Shown here one piece after another: positions 49,921 through 61,000 of a stretch of 64,000 nucleotides of DNA. The DNA lies in contig OZ076416.1 of NCBI GenBank assembly GCA_964187785.1, positions 35,960,001-36,024,000 on the forward strand. The letters are read 5' to 3'. Source of the stretch: Amphiscolops sp. MND2022. Its lineage: Eukaryota. How positions within the stretch are numbered: the first letter of the stretch is position 1; the number at the start of each line of letters is the position of its first letter. A program made the position numbers and the translations under genes. A model generated the notes under the pieces. That model was not told the origin of the DNA. It worked only from the letters and a program-made list of their open reading frames with translations, and made no database searches.

Positions 49921-51493
49921 TTGAAAAAATGCAGCTGCGACATGCAGATGGCACATTCAAGGTAGTTCCTAAGCCATTTTTTCAGCCTGTTACTTTCCAC
50001 GCTGTTAGAATGGATACTGTCATTCTATTTTTCTATGCATTGCCCTCTTTCTTCGCTGGCGAAACTCTTACACCTGGTTGAAGTTCCAAATGGACAAATT
50101 TGTTTCCGCAATCGTTGTTGCAAATGCTGTGGGCATTCATCGCCAGGTCAAGTAGCATCAAGAGTGCGTTCGCAGATTAATAGTGCAAACTAAAATTTGA
50201 GACGAAGTAACAGATAGAAATCGACCCGGTCTCAAGGAAAGTTTCAAGGGGGCATACTTGCTGTATGAATGCTACCGCTCGATGCTAAGTGTTTTACTCC
50301 TGTTCGACATAGCTTAGCAAAACTACTGGCGCAAGAGGCAGTGGGACACTAGTAAAAGCGGTGGTGTGGTGTGGTCCAATACTCAGGCACATGGGAAACC
50401 CGAATCGTCTGAACAGAATATTGTCTCAATTAATCAGAAATCTCGAATCAACGTGAATGAGCTTTTCCAATAATCAGAACAATTTAGATGTTAATACTTC
50501 AGATACTATTCCTGGTCCCCATATATACCCTTTAGTACTTTTTTGAATATTGGGCCGCCTCTCGATCTTTACTAGCGCTCCGCCTTTTGAGATGCATCAA
50601 GATCTAATGTTCCAAAAATAAAACTTTTTGAATATGTGAAAGACGTGATTTTCGAGATGAATCTGTGGTCGACTACCGTCAGTTTACCTCAAATCTGATA
50701 AACAAAAGACTTCTTCATGTATTAGAAATTAGAAAAAATAACGTGTGATTAGTCCATAGTTTGTAGGGCTGTTGTTGACACTGCAAGTATGCTCTGGGGC
50801 CAACTAGTCTCTACAACAGACACACCCCGGCTTCTTTCACGGACAAGAAACTTTCACATTTTTCTGAATTTGTGTGCACATGGTCCATTGTTTCGAGTGC
50901 CAGTCAGATCTTGTGCATTATATTTATGGCTGTTGGATCCAGGGTCTGAAGAAAGCTTTGGTTTCAGATCTGGGTTGCTAGGAAATCGTTGTCAGTTAAT
51001 CATTCTAGCTATTAACTGACTTATTTACTTGGAAATTACTTCGAATTTTTTTCTGTTATGATGCGGACACAGTGATATCTGGTCTCGGGAAATTCGATTT
51101 GTGAAATGGTTTTTCTTCTGAAACTTTCCAAATTTTATTTTGTGAGTCTAGTTTTAAATTCGAAGTTCAATTCAATCAGGTTGTAAATTATAGTTTCAGA
51201 TTTTTTTTTCAATTTGGAATGAAAATCAGATCTTTTTCAATTTGGCATCAAAATCTTAACTGCTTGATATCGATAAGGGCTTCCCAGCGTCAGATAGTTT
51301 TCTGCAACATTTATTTAATGAATTGATTTAATAAATGAATCGATTTCCACCAAATAGGAGTTTCGAAGTGGAAAAAATAATGAGTATTCTCAATGTCCTA
51401 TAATTTTTTCCAAATCATTCTTTAAATCTCAGGGAATTGATTTTCTAAAATCTGACGCCAGTTTCAAAATGATTGTGATTTTTAGTTGCTATC

Positions 51494-52150
51494 ATGGAAG
51501 ACGGAAAAGTTATTACTGAGAAACCGCAGATTTTTGTCGAAAGGACTTTGGCTATTATTAAACCAGATGCCGTCAACAAATCCAGTGAAATTGAGGAAAT
51601 CATTCTCAGAGCTGGCTTCACCGTTCTCCAAAAACGACGGGTACATCTTACCCCCGAGCAAGCCAGTGACTTTTATGCCGAGCACTATGGCAAAATGTTT
51701 TTCCCGAGTTTAGTCGCCTTTATGTCGAGTGGACCCATCGTCGTGTACTCGCTTGGACGAGAGCATGCCATACAACATTGGAGAAAGCTGATTGGTCACA
51801 CGAAGCCAAAAACAGCGAAGGATTTGCAACCCGACAGTATCAGAGCCATATATGGAACCGACGATACTCGTAACGCTGTGCATGGCAGTGACTCGTTCAC
51901 TTCTGCCGAGCGTGAGATCCGATTCATGTTTCCAGAAGCCACTATCGAACCCATTCCGGCTGGCCAGTACGCCAAGGATTATCTGTCCAAAAATGTGAAT
52001 CCAGTTTTGTTGAAAGGGCTCACAGAACTGTGTAAAAATAAGCCAGCGGACCCTGTAACGTGGTTGGCTGACTGGTTGTTGGAAAATAACCCCAATAAAC
52101 CCAACGTCGACGAGCCCTTGACTCCGAAACAGCCCCCAATTCAAGTGTAA
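51494..52150 (+). CDS. NME5: Nucleoside diphosphate kinase homolog 5 (NDK domain + C-terminal Dpy-30 motif), single coding exon
   Basis: ERTLAIIKPDA, FYAEHYGKMFF, RAIYGTDDTRNAVHGSDS and VNPVLLKGLTELCKNKPADPVTWLADWLLENNPNKP; 218 aa. Confidence 0.95.
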   Translation: MEDGKVITEKPQIFVERTLAIIKPDAVNKSSEIEEIILRAGFTVLQKRRVHLTPEQASDFYAEHYGKMFFPSLVAFMSSGPIVVYSLGREHAIQHWRKLIGHTKPKTAKDLQPDSIRAIYGTDDTRNAVHGSDSFTSAEREIRFMFPEATIEPIPAGQYAKDYLSKNVNPVLLKGLTELCKNKPADPVTWLADWLLENNPNKPNVDEPLTPKQPPIQV

Positions 52151-52387
52151 TTAGTTTATTATAATCAGTAATTACTCTCTCAAATGACTCCCTTTCAATG
52201 ATTAAAGTAACCAATATAAATATTCAAAAGTACATCAGATAGACAAAATACTTTTAGTGTGATGCTACATCATTCAGAATATGCAAACTACTGTTTGTCT
52301 ATCGGCAACGAATAACTGAATTTACCTTCTTCTGGATATTAACTCTCTTCCTGGCTGAAGATTTTCTATCAGTCGATGTTTTTCTGT

Positions 52388-52689
52388 TCAGCCTTTTTGC
52401 ATGGCTGCAGCTTTCATGAATTCTGAAACTCTCGTTTCATCCAAAGAATTCATCCAAATACCATTTTGTTTCAAACTCGAGCCCACTATCATCCCATCAG
52501 CTCTGTAGAACTCGGATAAGTTTTCCCGATCAACACCTGACCCAATTAAAATGGGCAGAGACGTTTTTGACTTCAGGGGACGAATAATTTGGGAATCTGT
52601 CGGCTCGCCTGTCATTTTGCCAGTGATTATGATTCCATCGGCCGCAAAAAATTCGGCAGCTTGTGCGTGGTCTTCGATTGTGAGATCAC
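52388..52689 (-). CDS. BtpA-like exon 4
   Basis: TTTCAAG acceptor, phase 1, ends TGA. Confidence 0.88.
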
Positions 52690-55600
52690 CTTGAAACAGT
52701 GTTTGAAATTGCATTTCGGAATCGCCCATTTTTGATCAATGAGTAATAATTCATATAATTTTTTAAAACGTATCATTTTAATTTTGTACAAAACAGGTTA
52801 TTTATGAGGTAGTTGGGGTTTCTTGTTATCATCGAACTTTGTTGTTGAAGGACGCGTAACTAACACATTATATTGTACTATGAGAGTTCTACTGTTATTT
52901 TGGAATCATGCGAAAGCAAACTTTGCCCCTTTATTTTTTTGTATTTTGAGATTTTTTCAGATTTTTCAATGCAGACATTATTTTTTAACTCATAATTTTC
53001 CATTGTTTGATATTCCTCGAATAATTTTTTTTCTGAAGCTGCATTTTTGGTTTTGATTTTAGTTTTAAATTTTATGGTCATGCCAAATATTCTCATATTT
53101 TTCAAAAAAATTCCGAATAAAAAATGCCCTAAAAGACGGGAACGCCATTTTTCATTTTTCTCCTTTTCTAAAAAAGAATCATAATAGTTGCATCTTCATA
53201 GGTAAGGGTCTTTTTAGTTGGCGTATTTTGTAAGAAATTGTGCCCGACTATTACTGTGACTAGATTTTTTCTCCAGACCACAGAGTTAACACTGAAAGGG
53301 GCGTCCCTGGTTGAAATTGCTTGAATTTTTTACATGTTTTTGTAGGTTACCAAGCTAATTTTCCATGATTTGATAAAATTCTCAAAGAAATGTCCATGTA
53401 TTAAAACTTCACTGATTCGATTTAATTTTATAAAGCTGCCTATAAAATGCATCCTAAATTTGGCGGCAATTTCGCGCCGCAAACTTTTACAGGTTTCATT
53501 AAGACGCCGTTCTAATTTTGAAAGCAGCTGAGACCGTTATCAATTTTACCGCGCTTTCAATGCAAATAAACTTCAGTCACATTATAAGTTTCAAAGTAGC
53601 GTCAATATTCAGCGTGCTATTTGACTAACGGTGATTACATAAGTACACAAGGAACTTACTTGAGAAACTTACGAGTGAAAATAAAGTGATCGCGGCGGTG
53701 AAGAATTGGAAATATTTTCAGTTCTAATTCAAATAGTGGCGGCTGCATTGTAACCCTACAAAATGTTTCCATGCAGGATCCTGGAATTTTCCATGTTTTG
53801 TAAAAAAATTAGCCTGCATGTTTCCATGCAGCATGTAAAAAGTTTAAGCAATCTCGACTAGGGGTTGTTACAGACCCTACGCCTAAGAACTAAGGCGTAC
53901 ACCATAATGTACACCAAAATGTACATAAGCTGCCAAAATGTAACCCCTTTGAATTTTTAATCGTTTTACCGTATCCTCAAAACTATATGGTACAAAATGT
54001 TCCGGCTTGGGGTTTTTCGTGCATTTGAGACTTATATGAGGAATTTTTAATATTTCACCAAAGGGTCCCCACTTCATTTTTTTGTTTTCGGTTTGGGTAA
54101 TAAGTTTTAGGATCCTAGATGGGCCCCTTCAGGCTTTTCGCCTTTGTGCAACTTTTATGCGGTTGGTTTTATTTATTTATTTGGTTTTTCTTGGAGATTT
54201 TCAGTTAGAGAAAAGCGTTTTGCGAGCACAAAAAGCTCCCTTTGGGTATTTTTGACACTCATCTTTTTGTGATATTTTACTTATAAATGCCCTGAGCGTA
54301 TTTCAAAAACTTTGTGCTTTTTGAACCTTTAGCGGGGCGCTGACTTTAGACGTTCTCGGTTTGTTGGAGTTTTTCTTATCGTACTCATGATATTTTTAAA
54401 ATCTTTAGCGGATTGTTCTTGGTATTTCTAATTTCCACTTTCTAATTTTTGACTTACTTGTTATGCTGTGGGATGAATGTTTCTTCTGTATGTCGCAATA
54501 AACCCTGATGTTCTGAGCTCCAATTCTGTTGCGATATCTCAACAGATCCCCCGCACAACTTTCTATATACCCCTCGTCTCCCAAATGCCCATAAACAAAT
54601 CCTAGTAGTGGATGGTCTTCTATAGACAAAGAAAAAGACGCCTTAATTTGTACGTCGAAAGAATGTTTCAGAAAAATTAGAAATGTATAAAATGGTTTAA
54701 GGTACGAGAATGAAAATCATAATGAAAGTTGCAAAAAAGCAAAAAAGCTTAGTTCGTCAATTTGATGCACTTTTAGGTCTTGAACTTTGAATTTAAAATT
54801 CTTGTGGAACGATCAAATGAAGCCAGGTTTTTATTCGAAGCGGCTTTTGCGATCGACTTTACGATTCAAAAAAGTTAAGTTTAGACATTTTAAATGACTG
54901 AATTAATCGAGTTTTGAATTTTAAAAAATTCAGCAAATTTAGCAAATTTACTCATCATCGCCCCTGCCTCGATGGTTGATTTTCTATCATATTTCCAAAA
55001 AAAATTATAATACTGTCGCAATCATTAAAACAGAAGAGTTTTGAGTGCGCACGGTCCATTGTTTCGAGTGCCAGTCAGATCTTGTGCACTATATTTATGG
55101 CTGTTTGATCCAGGTTCTGAAGAAAGTTTTGGTTTCAGATCTGGGTTGCTAGGAAATCGTTGTCAGTTAATCATTCTAGTTATTATCTAGAGATTTACTT
55201 GGAAATTACTTCGAATTTGAATTTTTAACAATTCAGCAAATTTGGCAAATTTACTCATCATCACCCCTGCCTTGATGGTTGATTTTCTATCATATTTCCA
55301 AAAAAAAATTAAAACTGTCGCAATCATTAAAACAGAAGACCATCCTTCTGCTCTTATGAAGTCGCAATCTGCAGCCAAGGCTATTGCAAGGGACTCCTTG
55401 TTGCCCCCGGTTAGGGTCTGAACCCCAACTTTAAAGTTTTCCTGCCTCGGTAAAATTTTCCTGACTTCGTGTGCTACCAAGGTCATAGTTGTTACAGTCT
55501 GGGGCTCTAATTTGCATGCTTTCAAGTAAGGCACATCATGCATGTTTTCCACGACCACACCAGAAAAGTTGTATTTTTTGTAGATTTCCGCCTCGGCCAA

Positions 55601-56107
55601 CGCTTGATCTATCGTTTTGCTGATGGGTTCACCCTAAAAACTTAGATGGTAAATTTCCCACTTTATCATCGACGTTGTTTTCGTCTTTAATGGAGGACAA
55701 AACACATTTCATACATACAAACTAGGATTTATCGAATACAATTTGACGGCCACAAAAATTAACCATTCAATATATTCGTTGCATATAATCCTTTGTTGCG
55801 GAATTTTGCTTTAAAACCTTTTGCTAAAGGTCCCACACAATTTGAAAAACCTGCATTGGACACCCGTCAAATAGAGCTACATCAGAATAGAATTTAGTGG
55901 GTTTGAAGTCGCTTTTGACTGTCAGAACATTTTCTTTCAAAATCTTTTCTGATTTCAATTTTTCCTCAAAATCTGAATGTTTATGTTACTGACAATATTT
56001 TGGTGAGTAGTACTAACTTTCCACAAAGGAGCCGCTGGAGTTGGTAGTAGATGAATCATGCCATATATGGCAGGTTTCCATTTTGTACACAGACGGGCTT
56101 GTATCAT
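52388..56107 (-). CDS. BtpA/SgcQ-family TIM-barrel protein, 274 aa; exons 56107-56018, 55633-55345, 54601-54458, 52689-52388
   Basis: Joined exons give GMIHL.PTP, VENMHDVPY, FIRAEGFV, DIQKKHS, ADGIIITG..TG, LIGSGV and GMIVGSSLK..G.W. Phases 0,1,1 are consistent; intron 2 has a GA donor. Confidence 0.88.
53305..53863. mobile_element. MITE with CCCT...AGGG termini in BtpA-like intron 3
   Basis: About 30-bp imperfect TIR (CCCTGGTTGAAATTGCTTGAATTTTTTACATG vs CCCTAGTCGAGATTGCTTAAACTTTTTACATG), GT on both flanks. Confidence 0.65.
54458..54601 (-). CDS. BtpA-like exon 3
   Basis: TAG acceptor, GTAAGT donor; GFVYGHLGDEG...DIQKKHSSHSIT. Confidence 0.88.
55345..55633 (-). CDS. BtpA-like exon 2
   Basis: TTTTTAG acceptor; GEPISKTIDQALAEAE...DFIRAE(G); non-canonical donor inferred. 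Confidence 0.85.
56018..56107 (-). CDS. BtpA-like exon 1
   Basis: MIQARLCTKWKPAIYGMIHLLPTPAAPLWK, GTTAGT donor. Confidence 0.75.
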
Positions 56108-56550
56108 TTATTCAATGAAATTAAGTTTCGAATTGTAGTTACCAACAGGGTTACATAATGTGCATTATCTTTATACCAATAGTGACGTAATATTTGCTTG
56201 TCAGCTCTGAAGCTCGCGTAATTCAAAGAAACCAAATGATGAGTTTCTTCACGCTGAAAGAAGAACAACTTCAGTAGCACTGCGAACATCAAGTTCGTTT
56301 AAATGTGATTTAAATTTCGAACTGTTTCAATCAAATGTTCTACAGTTTCTGAAAGTTTTAGTGGTTATTAATATCGAAACAGTTCAATGATCATCATTGA
56401 ATAATTTTACCACGCTATTTTTGTGATAAGTCTTAGAGTTTTTAGAGGGTCCCTTTTCGGAGAGGTTGATTATTCGCAGAGTTCAATGACAAATAAATAG
56501 TCTACTCAGCACGCTGTTTTATTGCAATGCAGAAATTAATTGGTAATCAG

Positions 56551-56965
56551 CAGTGAATTAGGTTCTACCGAAAAACGCGCTTATCGCTTGTTGCACTTTT
56601 GACTGACCCACTTACGCTTAAGCGGCGCTTTTTCTAAGAAAACTTAGGTCCAGCGAATTTAAGTTTTCAAAAGCTGCAATTTCTTGACATTCCAACTTTT
56701 GGAAATTTCGATCTGTTACTCCCTTCTTTCAACAAACTACCACAAGAGACAAATCTTTCTAATATACTGGTGTCGGGTGAAACGCCCGGTACAAAAAACT
56801 TGTCACTGTAAGAACTGGACATTTTTCGTTACCAAAATAGCTAAAATGTTCCACGAATCAGATGAGCGCAAATTTCAGTCGTCGCTTTCGCTCCCGGCGC
56901 TTATTCGGATATTACGTCGCTTTCGCTTCTTTTGCGCTTTCGCTTATAAGCGATCTAATTCACTG
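56551..56965. mobile_element. hAT-like MITE
   Basis: 11-bp TIR CAGTGAATTAG and perfect 8-bp TSD GTAATCAG. Confidence 0.8.
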
Positions 56966-57968
56966 GTAATCAGCGAAAAACGCTCCAAAAATCGATCAAT
57001 TTTCGACGATTGTATACTGATTTGTGCCTTTTTTGTATGTTTTCGTGAATATGAGTAGTTTAACAATAGAACAATAAGCTACTAAGCATGCTTTTGTATA
57101 CAAAGGATCTGATTTACTTTTTTCAAAAAAGGGTTAAAATTAATCAAGAAGCGCAAAACTTTTTTTTACAAGTTTCGTAGTTTAGTGGCTAAGCTCGAGC
57201 GTTAAGACTATATCGCCGCTAGAAGATTCCAAAGCGGAAATATCTCGTTATTCAGTGGGTGTCTTGCTCAAGTATGAAGCCTGGCTACATGATTAAAATT
57301 TTGCCAAAAGCACAGGTTATATTCTAGGACGGGTTATAATCAATTAATTACGGTAACTCACAATAAGATCAGTTAATAATTATCGGAAAATGCATTAAGC
57401 GTTGAAAATAATTGTTAAAAAATTCCCCTTTCACCCCTTGGGAGCTCAAAGTTTGGAAAACATTTTTTTTAGTTTAAACGTCCGGAGTGAAACATCCAAT
57501 AAACCATTCTGCTAGTTATTTGCATTGAAGATAGGATCCCCATTTGTTAGTAGCTGTAGGATGATAGTCAGATAAATGATCGTTATTGACACTATAAGGA
57601 GGCTCTGCAGCTTGCAGCGTACTGACACCTAAACTCTTTCCACTGACATGCCCTCCATGTACTAAGGGCAAAAAAATTCATCTCTCTCTACACCATATCC
57701 CGGTTTCAGTACGCGCGGTCCTTTTTTCTTAGATTAAAAAGATTAGAAGAAAGGAAGGAAAGAAAAAGAAGAAAAAAAGAGGATAATAGTTTCAGTTCTT
57801 TTAACCATGAAGAACATAAAAGAAAATCTATTCTGGAACTTCGACTATTTTAACTGAAGTCTTGCCATTTTATTTAATAACTCAACATATCAACTTTTTT
57901 TTCAGATTGGATGGCTTCTAGTGGACTTTTATAAACAGTCGCTAGAGTTTCATCGATTCTAGCCTGAG

Positions 57969-58064
57969 ATGCCGACCGCGGTACCCCCATCGTCCGCAAA
58001 ATCCAGGGTGAAAGTCCCACCCAAAAACCCTAAAGTGGTCAAGCAACTACTGGAAAAACGCCCG
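57969..58064 (+). CDS. HYDIN: HYDIN coding exon 1
   Basis: MPTAVPPSSAKSRVKVPPKNPKVVKQLLEKRP, GT donor. Confidence 0.7.
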
Positions 58065-61000
58065 GTTGGTGTTCTCTAGAATTTTGTTTCTGATGTTAAA
58101 AGACTCTGGAAATAAGTTGACCTTATGAATTTTCGCTGTAACCTGTGAATATTTGTCTATTTTCAGTACCTGCCTTCTGAGTATCTGAAGATAGCGAAAC
58201 AAAATACCGAGGAAAAGCGAGATGACATCACTGAGATCAGAGTACCCAGGGTTCTGGAGCTTCTGGACATCAGGGACCAGGGAAACCAACTTGTAAGACC
58301 ATCATCGAACATCTTTCATGATACATTCAAAAGAAGCAAAATCCTTTTATCAGTGAAGAATGGAATAATTAGGGGTCCCAAACAAGTAAATTTTGAAATT
58401 CCAGTCGAGTGAGTCAGTCGCAAAGCCAGGATTAGCTAACCGGTTAATCGAATACAGTTTAACTTCAGTATTACACACCTCGTTGGGAGAAAACGCTCAA
58501 GTATGTTATTCTGAAGTGTGTGTTATAAGCGAAAAAGACCAAATGATGAAATCCAAACACGGGGGCACAAAATATGTGCGTTATTCTGAAGGTTACACTA
58601 TAGTGCACGTGTGTGATACTGAAGTTGAACTGTAATCGGTTTGTAATTCGTGTACCTGTTGGAAAAATTTAATCAGTTAACTGATAAAGCTGTGTAAAGT
58701 CAGATTTAAACCCTGGCAACTATAGTGGATGCCCTCAATAATAAAGAATGAAATGAGTTTTCCAAGGTTCTACACGTAAATTATAAAAACTAGTTACTAT
58801 TTGCTAACAAATCTCAGAAATTTTGGTCGTAGGTTTTAAATTAAAAACCACGGAATTTGTTTTGTTTTTGATGGAATAATGTCTGAATTTTAATAGGACA
58901 TCATCCAAAATCGTTGTTCTGAAGTACACTCAACTCCGCTTATAACGATTGCCCGGGTCCAGCGTTTTTAATAGTTATATCCGAATATCGTTGTAGGCGA
59001 AAATTGTTATATACTAGCATCGTGGCCGTGAAACTTTATCGCTATAACCGGAATATCGTTATAAACGGAGTTGAGTGTATTTGAGATATCTTATCGGTTA
59101 ACCGATTAACCGGTTAATTTTAACGATTAATTGGTTAAGCAAAAATCCTAACTGGCACAAGCTCTAGTTGTTGGAGAAAAACGTAAGTTCCATTCAAACT
59201 CATATTGAATGAAAATACAAAGGAGTGTTTTGGTCTGTTTTTACTGACTGAGATCTTGTTTCAGAATTGCGGGGTGCCTCTAGATGAACCCATTTTCCAA
59301 CCTTTTCCCAGCGAAATAATATTCCAGAAATTCGAACCGTGCAAAGTGTATGAGCAGAGTTTACAGGTTAGCTTTCACTCGATAAATTCGAACGCGGTTG
59401 CAATCCTGAAAATCATTAACTTCATCAAGTGAAACTTCACTAGTTTTTCGAAATTAGACTCTCAAAGTAAACTCAGTTGTTGCTCGATTTTTTAAAAAAA
59501 ATTTAAAACAAAAACTACAAGAATTCAAGTGAACAGAGTTGAATATTTGCTACTCCATAAGATCTGAAGACTAGTTGTTAGACTTGAACTTCTTACCCGT
59601 TACTTTTTCTGGCGGTCTTGCATGTATACCCCTAGAACCCGCTCTCTTTCCTCTTTAAGTGGCGCTAAAGAAAAAATAATATGTTTGGGTTTCTTGCATG
59701 GAAGAAAATTTAGCCAGAGTTCAATTTTCATGTGCCTGAGGTTCAAATAACTATATTTTGAAGTGATAGGAATCAACTATCGTTGTATCTACATTGTGGA
59801 CGAATGGCACAAAACGTAAATGAGCGACCCTATTGTTTTATACTTTCATAACAGTTACACAATGACATGGATTCCTTCAAAAAGCAAATTTTTATACGCG
59901 GGCAAGCTAGATTCGAACCCTGTCATCCTGATTGGGAGGTATACTCAATATCGTTTTGGTAATACTCTGCAGTATCCATTACAGTCTGTTCGTTCTATCC
60001 GAGACCGCCGACTAAGAACTACCGCAAAACTTTTATGTTCGTAGTGCAGGGTATTGGAAAAATTTTCAGAGTTTTATTCAATACCTCGCAGAACAGATAT
60101 GGAATATTTCATTGGATACTCCTTTGAATATTAAATTCCTCATGTACTTGAGGAATACCCTAGGTATCTCGATCCGTTTTAAGGCGAGTTTGTTGTACTA
60201 TTTTTTGTATTTTTTCTCTTTCTCTTTACCCCTTGCTATCCGATCTCTGAGTGATCTTGCTGACGAATGATCTTTGAAAGAATGACGATTAATTTCATTT
60301 TGTTGTTTTCTGTAGCTTCGCAACAACGATCAAAATGCCAGACTTGTCAAAGTGACTCATGAGAGCTCTGCCTACTTCACAATTGTCCCCCCAAAGAACC
60401 CTGGTGACAAGATTGCCCCCGGAATGGCTTGCACCTTCAAAATTCAGTTTCTACCCGAAGAACGGAAAGTACGTCATGGTCTCCTTTTTTGTCACACCAA
60501 AGACTTTTTCGGCATACATCGGAAATTTACTATCCATCAGCTCAGTTGATCGAAAGATTCTTTCTATGATCAGCAAAGGACTTCCCGTAGGGGTCGTTGA
60601 AAACTGCTGTTTTGTTGTTTTCTGAAAGAACAGGGTTTCGAATAAAAGTATTTTCACTTTTTGTGTAGATTTGAACAGTTCGAAAGTCGAACAATTTCAA
60701 GAGTTTTATCCCTTTTTCACTGAGTTTTTTCAAATTCAGTTGTGCTTATAAGAGATTGTAGATGCGCTAAATTACGTAACAGCCACGCACGGCATTTTAT
60801 CTCAAAATGTTTCGAATCATTCTTTTGCAACCAAAAACGTGTCATTCAGGACAATAATATATTACAGTAAATGAATTTATCTGGTATCAATTAAAGTGAA
60901 CAACTTGGACAACAATGAGTTCGGTCTAATCTAAAAGCTTTGAAGATGACCCCAGAAAGACCGTAAAAACCTTCAATTTTTGGCTTAGATCTATACCACG

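Noticed and set aside
51710-52144. Antisense ORF over NME5 (likewise 61092-61349 and 62585-62998 over HYDIN, and plus-strand ORFs over BEL pol)
   Set aside because: Shadow frames of real coding sequence.
55187-55344. Read-through of BtpA-like exon 2 to a later GT donor
   Set aside because: Would insert about 30 hydrophobic residues into the conserved RAEGFV motif, and this sequence is part of an intronic direct repeat.
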